Shown: positions 53,365-62,953, numbered from the stretch's first letter. The stretch: DNA of 64,000 nucleotides from an uncultured Verrucomicrobiae bacterium (GCA_963772365.1 CAVYXA010000001.1:1632001-1696000), one strand, 5' to 3'. Notes: generated by a model not told the origin, from the letters alone. Made by a program: numbers and translations.

Positions 53365-54267
53365 TCATCCAACGATCTCCACGCCTTCCCTGGCCGTCCG
53401 CCGGCCGTAAAGATCGCTCAGGCGTCGAGTCATGGGACCAATTTGGCCTGTGCTGATGATGCGATTGTCGATCTTAATTATTCCAGCCAGTTCACCCATC
53501 GTGCCTGTGCAAAAGGCTTCATCTGCGCCGTATAAGTCGTCGAGTTTCAAATCAGTTTCGACGCACGGTATTTTTTCCCCAGCGCAAATCTCGATCACGG
53601 TTCCGCGAGTGATTCCTTCGGGGCAGGCCACGACGCGGCTCGTGGCCAGTTCATTCTGACGCACGATGAATACATGCGTCGCGTTGGTTTCAGCAACGAA
53701 TCCCCGCATGTCCAGCATGAGGGCGTCATCCGCGCCGGCATTGTTCGCTTCGATTTTTGCCAGGATCGAATTGAGCAGATTCGCGTGATGAATCCTGGCA
53801 TCCAAAACTTCTGGTGGTGGACGCCGAACTTTGGTCGTGATCAAGGTGAGACCGGTCTTGGCATAAACCGGCGCTTTGTGCTCGGCCAGCACGATCAACG
53901 TTGGTCCGCTTTGATTGAGACGCGGGTCCATGCCTGAGGTGATTTTCACCCCGCGGGTGAGTGTCAGGCGAATGTGAACTCCATCACGCATCTTATTCGC
54001 GGCAAGGGTGCGCTTTATCTCGTCGATGATTTTGTCGCGCGACGGAAGATCGAGAAACGATAGTGCCCGGGCGGAGCGTTCGAGACGATCGAGATGTTCG
54101 TTGAGCTTGAAGATGCGACCGTCATATAAGCGCAAGCCTTCCCAAACCGCATCACCACCTTGCACCGCCGAATCGAACGGACTGATGCCGGCCTGATCCC
54201 GATGAATCAGCCGACCATTGATATTTACGATCAGGTCGCGGTTTCGTTCGTCGAATTGTTGCAGCAT
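53365..54267 (-). CDS. Class IV aminotransferase (BCAT/D-amino-acid aminotransferase-like)
   Basis: ISPFDS..QGGDAVWEGLR, HLDRL..SA, DALMLD..GFVAETNAT, EGITR, EAFCTGTMGE. Confidence 0.9.
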   Translation of the reverse strand: MLQQFDERNRDLIVNINGRLIHRDQAGISPFDSAVQGGDAVWEGLRLYDGRIFKLNEHLDRLERSARALSFLDLPSRDKIIDEIKRTLAANKMRDGVHIRLTLTRGVKITSGMDPRLNQSGPTLIVLAEHKAPVYAKTGLTLITTKVRRPPPEVLDARIHHANLLNSILAKIEANNAGADDALMLDMRGFVAETNATHVFIVRQNELATSRVVACPEGITRGTVIEICAGEKIPCVETDLKLDDLYGADEAFCTGTMGELAGIIKIDNRIISTGQIGPMTRRLSDLYGRRTAREGVEIVG

Positions 54268-54289
54268 GACTAAACTCCAAACGTCACAT

Positions 54290-54381
54290 TGTCATGTTGA
54301 GCGAAGCGAAACATCTCCAATCATTGGCTTTCCGCGCCGGTCAAAAAAGATGGAGATCCTTCGCTGCGCTCAGGATGACAA
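54290..54381. repeat. TGTC-family REPIN (inverted pair)
   Basis: TGTCATGTTGAGCGAAGCGAAACATCTC ... GAGATCCTTCGCTGCGCTCAGGATGACA. Confidence 0.85.
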
Positions 54382-54390
54382 AATGGAAGT

Positions 54391-55116
54391 TTACAATCGA
54401 TATTGATGAAGCCGCTCATAACACTCCCGGCAACTTTCATAGATTTCGTTCAATTGATCCGGAATCTCTCCCTCTCGCGGTCGATACAGCTCAAATGCTG
54501 TCGATGTTATCACTTCCCGGTACCAATACTTCGCCCAGACGCCGTCCGTCTCGCGCAAACCCGGTCGCCAGGAAAGCATCGATGTCTCGAATTCGACTCC
54601 GACCGCGTCACACAAAAGTCGCAACAGACGCTCAGGATTTTCCAGCACGTCTTTTGCGTCAATAACCGGCGGAATCGATTTTGTCTGATCCCGAACGGAA
54701 TCGAAAATCTCGGTCTGCTGGACAAATCCAAGATCTTCAAGGGCAGGCTGCTCACGCTTTTTTACGTAGGAGAGAATCGCCTCGCGCGGATCACGGATGA
54801 GAAAGCAATTCGTTACTTCCGTGAGCCATTGTCGATCTACCGTCGGCAACAAGTGATGGGTCATCTGTTTCTCAAAGAAGATGCGCTTTCCATTTGGAAT
54901 CGGGCCGGTGAGCTGCGCCACCACTTTTCGCCAATCTGTTTCGCCGGTAGCGATGATTTCTTTTGCGCCGGGATGATTCTTTCCCGTCGCCTGCAAATAA
55001 AAGGCGTAAAACGGTTCATCGATCACTGCGGTATCGCCCCGGTTTCCCCATGATCGCATCATGGCAGTCGAGATGTTTCTCGGGCCCGACCACATGGCGA
55101 TGCGGACCGGGTTCAT
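54391..55116 (-). CDS. Sulfotransferase-like P-loop protein (BCAT-associated type)
   Basis: RIAMWSGPRNISTAMMRSW, DEPFYA.YL, KQMTHHL, FLIRDP, DGVWAKYWY. Confidence 0.85.
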   Translation of the reverse strand: MNPVRIAMWSGPRNISTAMMRSWGNRGDTAVIDEPFYAFYLQATGKNHPGAKEIIATGETDWRKVVAQLTGPIPNGKRIFFEKQMTHHLLPTVDRQWLTEVTNCFLIRDPREAILSYVKKREQPALEDLGFVQQTEIFDSVRDQTKSIPPVIDAKDVLENPERLLRLLCDAVGVEFETSMLSWRPGLRETDGVWAKYWYREVITSTAFELYRPREGEIPDQLNEIYESCRECYERLHQYRL

Positions 55117-56198
55117 AACGACATCAGGAACTCCGCAATATCGAGGGATGCGCACGGCCGGCTCAGCCTGGCAGTGTTCGCCGACCATTCACGCCATTGC
55201 CGGGAATCATCGGTGAATGCCCGCCGAACCTGAGCTACAACTTCGGCCGGCTCGAGAGCGATCACGCCGGAATTGGTTTGCTCAATCAACTGTGCATTGC
55301 CTTCTTCCTGGCCGGATACGATGTGATTGATGATCATCGGACAACCAGCCGCGATCGTTTCCTGCACGGTCGCGCCGCCGGCTTTGCCGATTAGCAAATG
55401 GCTCTCGCAAAGCATCTGCGGCAATCGATCGGTCCAGCCAACAATGTTGACCTCGCAATCTCCGGCCGCTGCTTCGACAGCGCGACGAAGTTTGTCGTTT
55501 CGTCCAACCGTCACCGTCAACGCAATATCCAGGTCGAGAAGTTTCCTTACCAGATCCGGGGCGGAGCGCGTGCCCGCGTTGATCATGTAAAGCACGCGCG
55601 GGCGCAATTGAAGCGAAGGCGGTCGTCGATCCTGGGGGCAATCGGCAAATCTTGGACTAACAGGAAACCCGAACACTTTGATCTTGTCGGACGCGACTCC
55701 GCCGGCTTGCAGCACGGCCGCGCTTGGTTCATTGGGAAGCAGAAAATAATCGGCCCGGGATTGGTACCAGCTTTTGTTGATCGTGATGGAATCGGTGACA
55801 ACGACGATGTTTTTCGGGGTTCGATTCGGTCCCTGAATTTGGTCGAGCACGTAGGGATACGGTGGAAAAACCGAAACAACGACATCCGGCTGAAAGCTCT
55901 TCAGCAAACGAGTGAATCGCTCTTTAAGTCTGTCAAATTTTTGAAAGTCCCGATTAAAATCCTCTTTCTTCTCGAGCCAACGATAAACGGTGCCCCAAAA
56001 ACGCGGCGCATAATTCACGATCATCAAATAGGCGCGTCCGGCAAATCGGAACCAAAACGGGTACGTCTCTGCCAACAGATCGCGCAGCTCAACCTCACAT
56101 TCGCCGGGGGCCACACGGGCTAGACCGTCTCGGATACCACGCGCTGCGGCATTGTGACCTTCCCCAAATCCAGCGGTGAGAATGAGGATCTTTTTCAC
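55113..56198 (-). CDS. MGDG synthase/UgtP-like glycosyltransferase (GT28)
   Basis: ILTAGFGEGHNAAA, VVTD, IGKAGGATVQE, GQEEGNA. Confidence 0.9.
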   Translation of the reverse strand: MKKILILTAGFGEGHNAAARGIRDGLARVAPGECEVELRDLLAETYPFWFRFAGRAYLMIVNYAPRFWGTVYRWLEKKEDFNRDFQKFDRLKERFTRLLKSFQPDVVVSVFPPYPYVLDQIQGPNRTPKNIVVVTDSITINKSWYQSRADYFLLPNEPSAAVLQAGGVASDKIKVFGFPVSPRFADCPQDRRPPSLQLRPRVLYMINAGTRSAPDLVRKLLDLDIALTVTVGRNDKLRRAVEAAAGDCEVNIVGWTDRLPQMLCESHLLIGKAGGATVQETIAAGCPMIINHIVSGQEEGNAQLIEQTNSGVIALEPAEVVAQVRRAFTDDSRQWREWSANTARLSRPCASLDIAEFLMSL

Positions 56199-56237
56199 AT
56201 TCAGTCAGGCAGCAACCGGAGCGCACCTCTCTACAAA

Positions 56238-56329
56238 TGTCATTCTGAGCGAAGCGAAGAATCTCTGATTACTTTTGACTGATCCTCCAGCGGAATGGAT
56301 TGAGATGTTTCGCTTCGCTCAACATGACA
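56238..56329. repeat. TGTC-family REPIN (inverted pair), next to a GTAG half-element at 56207-56234
   Basis: TGTCATTCTGAGCGAAGCGAAGAATCTC ... GAGATGTTTCGCTTCGCTCAACATGACA. Confidence 0.85.
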
Positions 56330-56416
56330 ATTCTGATGAAATCTCCAGGCTCGTCACTGGTGAAGCATTCGGAGTTTAATGGATATTTGCCACGGGCAAA
56401 GTAAACTCTGGCCGCG

Positions 56417-57310
56417 ATGAAATTTTTCCGATTCATCTGGCGAGTCGTGCGGCGCCTGGTTTGGGAAACGGCGACTGACAACACCACAGGCTTCGCGGCG
56501 CAGATGGCTTACCTTCTCTTGTTCGCACTCGCACCCGGCTTGTTTTTTTTCTGGCATCTGCTGGGTCTTTTCGGGACTGATCCGGCAAAACTTCATCGCA
56601 TGTTCGTTATTTTAGAAAGCTTCATGCCTCCGGATGCCAAGGTGAAAGACATTCTGGATATCGCGATGGCCAGCGTTGTGGTGACCGGTTCCAGCGGAAT
56701 GCTGGCGAATGTGGGCATCATTCTCGGGATCTATTTCGGCACTGTGTTTATCGCGACTATTTCCCGCGCCCTGAGTCATACTCACGGCGTGCTGGAGGAT
56801 CGACATTGGTGGTCCAAATATATCATCTCATTTTTTCTGCTGTTCTGGTTCGGGATCACGATTCTGGTTTGCTTCAACGCCATGGTTTTTGGCGAACGGC
56901 TCGCCGGCGTGGCTGAAGTCAATTTTCAGCTCAGCATTCCGCTGCAGACCTGGTTCGCCTACTTAAACCTGCCATTTATCGCGCTGGCCCTCATCGGACT
57001 CGCTCTCGCCTTGTATCTACTCACCCCGGAAAATTATCTGACCATTCGGCAGGCATTGCCTGGTGCGATTTTCTTTTCCATCGGCTGGATCATTGTGACC
57101 AAGCTGTTTCAGTATTATGTCGTAAAATATAATCGGTACAACCCGACCTACCTCGCTTTGGCGTCGATCATCATGCTCCTGACCTGGATGTATCTGACTT
57201 GTTTACTACTTCTGCTCGGCGGAAAACTGAACGCTATTCTTCAGCGGGAACGCGAACGTCATGGCAAACCCAGCCCGGCGGCGACGGCCCCGACAATTCA
57301 GCCTGCCTGA
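56417..57310 (+). CDS. YihY/virulence factor BrkB family membrane protein
   Basis: AAQMAYLLLFALAP, LPGAIF, YNPTY..LASIIMLLTWMY...LLLGGKLNA. Confidence 0.9.
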   Translation: MKFFRFIWRVVRRLVWETATDNTTGFAAQMAYLLLFALAPGLFFFWHLLGLFGTDPAKLHRMFVILESFMPPDAKVKDILDIAMASVVVTGSSGMLANVGIILGIYFGTVFIATISRALSHTHGVLEDRHWWSKYIISFFLLFWFGITILVCFNAMVFGERLAGVAEVNFQLSIPLQTWFAYLNLPFIALALIGLALALYLLTPENYLTIRQALPGAIFFSIGWIIVTKLFQYYVVKYNRYNPTYLALASIIMLLTWMYLTCLLLLLGGKLNAILQRERERHGKPSPAATAPTIQPA

Positions 57311-57368
57311 ACTGCACACCGATCCCGAGTTGATCCAACGGCTCGCTCTGTTACGCTGCGCTGCGGTG

Positions 57369-58433
57369 GTGCGCTTCCGGATTTGCCTTCTGATTTTTCT
57401 CGCGCTGAGCGCGATCATCGGCACCGTTCTCTGCGCTCAAATCAGCGACGAAGAACAACGGAAACGCGAGATATTTCTAAAAACGCGCACTAGTCACTCG
57501 TCGAATGCGGACGAATCGCCCGCGCCGAAGCGGCATTCGAAGAAAAAGTCATCGACCACCGAAAAACATTCCACGTCATCGAAGAAAAAGAGCAGCGTGA
57601 CTCCGAAGCCGAAAACGTCGAAACATAAGGCGAGTACAAAGAAGGGCTCGAGCTCAAAAAAAGGAAGGAGAAAGAAAAGCGCTCGACCGGAGAAAACGCC
57701 GGTCCCGAAAAAAGAAAAGGAACCAGCCGCTACGACTCCTTCCCCGCCGGCCGAGCATCCGACACCATCGATCCCGCGAGCCATCCCAATCCCTTCGCCG
57801 CAGGAACGAGCACAAGTTGTGGTCGAGAAATCGGGATTTGACGGCGACCAGGGGTTTGTGCCGCCGCCCGAGCCGCCGCCACGGCGATTCAGGTTCTGGC
57901 CATGGTCGCGACAATCGCGCGCGCCATCCTATCGATATCTGACTCGATCGGTCGTTGAAGAGATTCGGCGGGCACCGGTGCAGCGCCGCCGGTGGCAGTT
58001 CATCGTCGTTCACAACAGCGGAACTCGGCAGGGAAACGCGCGCGTCTTTGATTATTACCATCGACATGTGCGCCGGATGCGGAACGGGCTCGCCTATCAT
58101 TTCGTGATCGGCAACGGAACCTCGACCGGCGATGGCGAGATCGAAGTGGGTGATCGATGGCGGCGCCAGATCAATGGCGGCCATGTTCACAGCGATTATC
58201 TCAACAATATCTCGCTCGGGATTTGTTTGGTCGGCGATTTCAACCGCGATCAACCGAGCCGCGCCCAACTCGAGTGTTGCGAAGAACTGATTCGGTACCT
58301 GCGCCAACGCTGCGGAAAGGTCGATGATCACGATATCCTGGTCCGGCCCCATCGGGAGATGAATCCGCCGCGCTGGCCGACCGATTGTCCGGGCGATCGA
58401 TTCCCCTATTCCTGGTTCCGCCGATTTCGCTAG
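57369..58433 (+). CDS. N-acetylmuramoyl-L-alanine amidase (Amidase_2) with Lys/Ser- and Pro-rich linker
   Basis: WQFIVVHNSGT, LAYHFVIGNG, GGHV, IGICLVGDF-like, PHRE...TDCPG..FP. GTG start precedes the signal peptide. Confidence 0.85.
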   Translation: MRFRICLLIFLALSAIIGTVLCAQISDEEQRKREIFLKTRTSHSSNADESPAPKRHSKKKSSTTEKHSTSSKKKSSVTPKPKTSKHKASTKKGSSSKKGRRKKSARPEKTPVPKKEKEPAATTPSPPAEHPTPSIPRAIPIPSPQERAQVVVEKSGFDGDQGFVPPPEPPPRRFRFWPWSRQSRAPSYRYLTRSVVEEIRRAPVQRRRWQFIVVHNSGTRQGNARVFDYYHRHVRRMRNGLAYHFVIGNGTSTGDGEIEVGDRWRRQINGGHVHSDYLNNISLGICLVGDFNRDQPSRAQLECCEELIRYLRQRCGKVDDHDILVRPHREMNPPRWPTDCPGDRFPYSWFRRFR

Positions 58434-58463
58434 TGGTCCAGTCCCGAGGGGAAATTTCCGTTG

Positions 58464-58479
58464 GGGAACGCGATTTGCT
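58464..58479 (+). promoter_or_regulatory. Candidate sigma-54 promoter
   Basis: GGGAACGCGATTTGCT with GG (58465-66) and GC (58477-78) at canonical spacing, ~30 nt before ATG 58508. Confidence 0.5.
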
Positions 58480-58507
58480 TTTAACCTGACAAAGCCATCG
58501 TTTTTCC

Positions 58508-58739
58508 ATGAAGCACATCTCACTGACGAGCCTTATTCTACTGGGAATAATCTTTTCCACGGTCGCGCAGGCGCCGGACACACGAGCGAAAAATGAAGAG
58601 CAGTTGCTTGCCCTCGTGAAAGACGTTCAGGCGCAACAGGCTCAAATTATTGCCAATCAAGCCAAAATTGATTCCAAACTGGCGCAGGCGGACCGAAGCT
58701 GTCCGGATCGCACGCATCTTTGCCAGTCGAGGAAAATAG
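58508..58739 (+). CDS. Small secreted coiled-coil protein (apparent frameshift near 58690)
   Basis: MKHISLTSLILLGIIFSTVAQA...LLALVKDVQAQQAQIIANQAKIDSKLA, then TEAVRIARIFASRGK* in the shifted frame. Confidence 0.65.
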
Positions 58740-58745
58740 AGAAAA

Positions 58746-59051
58746 ATGAAGCCATCGATTTTGTCCCTGTCGATCCTCAGCACGATCTCGCTGTTGGCCG
58801 CGAGCGCGCAATCGCCGATGCCAGTAGTTGTTCCGGCGGCCTCACCAATAACGGCAACATCTAGCACTTCTGCCTCCGGCGTTCAGCTCCAGAAAAAAGG
58901 CTCCGGCGCAATCGACGCCGCCATAAAACAGCTCGAGCAAATGAAAGCAGCGAACGAAGATCTGCTTCGAAAACAGGAGACGATGCTGCAGCAATTGGAT
59001 GAGCTGCAAAAAGCGGCCGAGCAGTTGAAAATTTTTAGCGCGCGGAGCTAG
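58746..59051 (+). CDS. Small secreted coiled-coil protein
   Basis: Signal peptide ending AASAQ, then AIKQLEQMKAANEDLLRKQETMLQQLDELQKAAEQLKIFSARS*. Confidence 0.7.
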   Translation: MKPSILSLSILSTISLLAASAQSPMPVVVPAASPITATSSTSASGVQLQKKGSGAIDAAIKQLEQMKAANEDLLRKQETMLQQLDELQKAAEQLKIFSARS

Positions 59052-60417
59052 CCGTTTTCTTCGGCTCAATCTTCCGGTAGAGCGTGGCCATGCTAATACC
59101 CAGCATGGTTGCGGCTTTTTCGCGCGAACCGCTGCAATGGTTCAGGGTCGCTTCGATGTAGCGACGCTCCTGTTGCTGGATGTAATCGTCCAAGCTTTGC
59201 CCGACCGGCATTTTCTCCATTTCTTCGTCAGCCTTCTCGCCTTTGGCTTCGCTTACAATGTGCGGCGGCAAATCGCTCGCTAAAATTGTTTCGTCCTCGC
59301 ACAAAGCGCAGGCGCGCTCAATCGCGTTCTCCAGCTCGCGCACATTGCCCGGATAAGAGTAATGACACAAAATGTCGACTGCTTCGGGATCGATCTTCTT
59401 CGGCTCGCCGCCGGTGGCACTGGCCTGCTTTTGAAGAAAATGATTCACCAGCAATGGCACATCTTCGAGCCGGTCGCGCAATGGCGGAATCTCCACCGGG
59501 ATAACGGCCAGCCGATAGTAAAGATCTTCGCGAAATGTGCCGTCCTTCAGCTTCGGTAAAAGCGCTTCATTCGTGGCGCCGACCACGCGAACATTAACGG
59601 GCGAACTCTTGTTGTCGCCCACGCGGCGGACTTCGCGTTCCTGCAAAACTCGAAGCAACTTCGTTTGTAACTGGGGCGCCATGGAATTGACTTCATCCAG
59701 AAAGATCGTACCGAGGTTCGCTTCCTCGAATAATCCGCGCTTATCTGCCACCGCGCCGGTAAACGCACCCTTCTTGTGTCCGAACAATTCCGATTCGAGC
59801 AGATTTTCCGGAAGCGCACTGCAATTGATGGCTACGAAGGGATGATGCTGGCGGTTGGAATTGAAATGCAGGCCGCGCGCGATGAGTTCCTTGCCGGTGC
59901 CGCTCTCCCCGATGATCAACACTGTGCTGTCGGTATCGGCGACTTTGTTCACCAGATTGTAAACCTGCTGCATCTTCTGGCTCGTCCCGACGATGTTCTC
60001 GAACCGGTAACGGTTTTTTAGTTCCTTGCGGAGATAAGTGTTTTCCCGAACAGCGGCTTGAAAATCGAGCGCGCGCTGAATGGTCATTTGTAGCTCGTCG
60101 ATCTTAAACGGCTTGGGCACGTAACCATATGCGCCCATCTTCATCGCCTCTACTGCGGTATCGACTGATGCATAAGCCGTGATGAGAATGACCGAAGTTT
60201 GTCGATGATGTTCCCGCACGTGCCGCAACACGTCGAAGCCGCTCATTGTTTCCATCTTGATGTCGGTGATCACGATTTGCGGTTGGACCGTATCGAGCTG
60301 CTCGACCGCTTTGTTTGCCGAGTTAAATGGAAAAACCTCGTGACCTTTTTCTCGGCAAAGGGTCACGATTACTTCCACCATCGCCGGCTCATCATCGATA
60401 ATTACGACTTTGGCCAT
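59035..60417 (-). CDS. Sigma-54-dependent response regulator (NtrC/AtoC family)
   Basis: Receiver (IIDDE, TDIKM, KPF), GESGTGKE, ESELFGH.KGAFTGA, FREDLYYRL, PGNVRELEN, C-terminal HTH. Confidence 0.95.
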   Translation of the reverse strand: MAKVVIIDDEPAMVEVIVTLCREKGHEVFPFNSANKAVEQLDTVQPQIVITDIKMETMSGFDVLRHVREHHRQTSVILITAYASVDTAVEAMKMGAYGYVPKPFKIDELQMTIQRALDFQAAVRENTYLRKELKNRYRFENIVGTSQKMQQVYNLVNKVADTDSTVLIIGESGTGKELIARGLHFNSNRQHHPFVAINCSALPENLLESELFGHKKGAFTGAVADKRGLFEEANLGTIFLDEVNSMAPQLQTKLLRVLQEREVRRVGDNKSSPVNVRVVGATNEALLPKLKDGTFREDLYYRLAVIPVEIPPLRDRLEDVPLLVNHFLQKQASATGGEPKKIDPEAVDILCHYSYPGNVRELENAIERACALCEDETILASDLPPHIVSEAKGEKADEEMEKMPVGQSLDDYIQQQERRYIEATLNHCSGSREKAATMLGISMATLYRKIEPKKTASSAR

Positions 60418-60502
60418 AAAATCTCAGCGCGGAGAATATTTCAGAATTGAGAAAAGGAAAGCGAAAATGAGAATTATCTCTAGGCCGCCACCATTCTGAG
60501 AC

Positions 60503-61699
60503 TTACTGAACCTCACCGCCGAGCATCATCCAATCGACCGCGCCGTCGAAGCCGAGGATCTGCTCGAATGCGTCTCCGCCCGAATCCGGCGTGATTGCAA
60601 TCAAATCCGCCGCATAGCCAGGAGCGATCCGCCCTAGCCGAGTTCCGGCATGCAACGCTCTAGCCGCATTGATCGTGACCATTTCCAAAATCTCTCGCGG
60701 CCAAAGTTTCTCATGGCTCCGTTGCAAAGCGCGCATCTCGGCGAACAGGCTCAGGGTTTCATTACTGGCAAGGCTGTCGGTGCCGAGGCAAATATTCAAA
60801 CCGAGCTTGCCGAACTTGCCGATCCGAAATGGCGAGTGTCCGAAGTATTCATGGCTGCGCGGACAATGCACAATCGTGGGCAGCGTTTTCCGTTGGACGA
60901 GAAATTCCAAATCGTGCAGCGAAACTTCATTGAGATGTACGAGCAACCAGCGGTCGTCGAAATTGCAGAACTCGGATAGATGCTCGATCGGCGTGACATG
61001 ATGCAGGTCTGATGGATCGCGGCCAATCCCGGCGAGAAAATCCGCCAGGAGGCCGCGAGAATGGGCGAACATCTCCATCTCTTCGCGCGATTCGGCCAGG
61101 TGCGTGGTGAGCAGAGCATTTTCGCGGTGCGCAATCTCTTCGCAACGCCGATACAGATTTTCCGAGGCTGTGAACGGCGCATGGGGAGCAAGTCCCCAAT
61201 TTTGCGCGGATTTCAGGGCGTTGCTGGCGAGATCGACAAATTCATTCGAGCGTTGCGGTGAACGAAGATCAATCAGCTCGCCAAACCACCACGTCCGGAT
61301 CGGCGGCCGAATTTGCGCGATCAGCTCGGGAAACGCGGTGAGATTCGCGATAGCAGTCGTGCCGAACTTTTTCGCTTCCGCGAAACCTTCATTGATCGAC
61401 GCGACATAATCCTGCGGGGAAAGTCTCTCTTTTTGGGCAATGATCGCTCGAACCCAATCCGCAAAAGACTTTTGCGGCGGAATCTTGCCGCGCAACCATG
61501 TGTAATCGAGGTGGCAATGAGCGTTGATCAAACCCGGCAGCAGCACTTGTTCGCCAAGATCGACAACTGTGCCTGACTTGCGGGCTCGGACCTCGCCAAA
61601 TTTACCAACATCGACAATCTGCTCGCTCTCGACGGCGACGGCGCCGCTTTCGATCGGCGCGCCTTCCATCGTGACCACGATGCGCGCGCGGAGAATCAT
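60503..61699 (-). CDS. Amidohydrolase-family metal-dependent deaminase
   Basis: PGLINAHCHL, PHAPF, THLAES, VHCPRS, LGTDSLASN, G..ADLI. Confidence 0.9.
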   Translation of the reverse strand: MILRARIVVTMEGAPIESGAVAVESEQIVDVGKFGEVRARKSGTVVDLGEQVLLPGLINAHCHLDYTWLRGKIPPQKSFADWVRAIIAQKERLSPQDYVASINEGFAEAKKFGTTAIANLTAFPELIAQIRPPIRTWWFGELIDLRSPQRSNEFVDLASNALKSAQNWGLAPHAPFTASENLYRRCEEIAHRENALLTTHLAESREEMEMFAHSRGLLADFLAGIGRDPSDLHHVTPIEHLSEFCNFDDRWLLVHLNEVSLHDLEFLVQRKTLPTIVHCPRSHEYFGHSPFRIGKFGKLGLNICLGTDSLASNETLSLFAEMRALQRSHEKLWPREILEMVTINAARALHAGTRLGRIAPGYAADLIAITPDSGGDAFEQILGFDGAVDWMMLGGEVQ

Positions 61700-61707
61700 T
61701 CTCCCTC

Positions 61708-61776
61708 TGTAGCGGCGCTCTGTCAGCGTCGCAAACTTTGCGGACAAAACGGCGACGGTCGCAGACCGCCGCTACA
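61708..61776. repeat. Intergenic GTAG REPIN, 69 nt
   Basis: TGTAGCGGCGCTCTGTCAGCGTCGC ... GCGACGGTCGCAGACCGCCGCTACA. Confidence 0.85.
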
Positions 61777-61788
61777 ATCCAGAGGTGT

Positions 61789-62442
61789 TTACTCTTCGCC
61801 TTTCACGACTTTCCGGCACTTGGCCACGAGCAGATTGCACGCTTCCTGACAAAGCAACGGTATGCTCGGCTCGTTGCGACCGGTTTGATCATGCACAGGA
61901 TCGAATTTTTCTGGAGGCAAGTGTGTCGATGGAATCGTGCCGGATCTGTCCCGCTTCCACAGAATCGTCCGAAGACATCCGCCATCGGACCTGCAAAACT
62001 TTGCCACAAGCGGATCGAGTTGTTCCTCGGAAATCTTCGCTGCGACTCGATACATTCCCGATTGTCGGTTCAAAGTCTCTCGCAACGGCGTAGTGTTAAG
62101 TCGATCTGCCTTCCAGGCAGCGAACACCGGCAGCCGACCCGGATAAAAATAGTCCAGGGTTCTGTGGACTTGGTCTCGATCAACAAGTTCCAATTGCCAG
62201 CCATGTCGCAAATTCGGCGCAGTCTTCAATGGGCGATATCGTCCTTCGTCATCAAATTTGGCCATGCGGATCGCCTGCTCGTAATCCGAGAACTTTTCCA
62301 GATCATTCCGCGGTTCGTCATCGCGATGTTTTAGAACGAACCGATTCCCGATCCTGCGCACCAGGATTTGCCCGATGCAAAAACGATCGCCCGGCCGGAA
62401 TTCGCTTGCCATGTCGATCGAATTGTAGGGCGTCTGGGTCAT
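61789..62442 (-). CDS. DR2241-like protein (putative Fe-S domain)
   Basis: DDEGRYRPLKTAPNLRHGW, LDYFYPG, TLNRQSGMY, C....GCLR..LW, LLCQEACNLLV. Confidence 0.75.
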   Translation of the reverse strand: MTQTPYNSIDMASEFRPGDRFCIGQILVRRIGNRFVLKHRDDEPRNDLEKFSDYEQAIRMAKFDDEGRYRPLKTAPNLRHGWQLELVDRDQVHRTLDYFYPGRLPVFAAWKADRLNTTPLRETLNRQSGMYRVAAKISEEQLDPLVAKFCRSDGGCLRTILWKRDRSGTIPSTHLPPEKFDPVHDQTGRNEPSIPLLCQEACNLLVAKCRKVVKGEE

Positions 62443-62494
62443 ACGCCAACCTCAAAGACGTTTCACAGAAACGTTCTACAACATTCGTGGCGTC

Positions 62495-62953
62495 TCAGTG
62501 TAAACAATGCGCGATCAAGCCACCGGCGCGCTCGAGAAATTGTCGATCTTCCTGATCGAATGCATTTACCTTATCGCTCTCGGCATCGATCATACCTACG
62601 ATTTTGCGGTGATCGTTCGTCATCGGCACAATGATCTCAGAACGAGTTGTGTGAAAGGTCGGCAAGTACCGCAGGTCATTTTGCACATCACCGACGATAA
62701 TCGGTTTACCCGATTCTAATGCCGCACCACAAATACCCTGAGTAGTCGGGAAACGCGGATAAGTCGGCGGTTCGTTTCCAGTCCCTGAGAGAATGACAAA
62801 ATCATTGTTTACAATCTTATAGACGCCCACCCAGCGGTAATCGCGCGCGGCCCGAACCATCTCCAACAACTGCCGCATCCGCTTTTTCGTGCATCCACCG
62901 GCTAGGGCAAATGCCCCAATTTCCTGCAGCTTTTTACACGTGGTTTCCTTCAT
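62495..62953 (-). CDS. Stand-alone GAF domain protein (fRMsr/MsrC-like fold)
   Basis: YRWVGVY, GICGAA, IVGDV, RSEIIVP, IDAESD..NAF...DR.FLE. Confidence 0.85.
   Translation of the reverse strand: MKETTCKKLQEIGAFALAGGCTKKRMRQLLEMVRAARDYRWVGVYKIVNNDFVILSGTGNEPPTYPRFPTTQGICGAALESGKPIIVGDVQNDLRYLPTFHTTRSEIIVPMTNDHRKIVGMIDAESDKVNAFDQEDRQFLERAGGLIAHCLH

Noticed and set aside
47070..56329. GAGCGAAGCGAA repeats as a CRISPR array
   Set aside because: Copies are dispersed inverted pairs kilobases apart, not direct repeats with spacers, and there are no cas genes.
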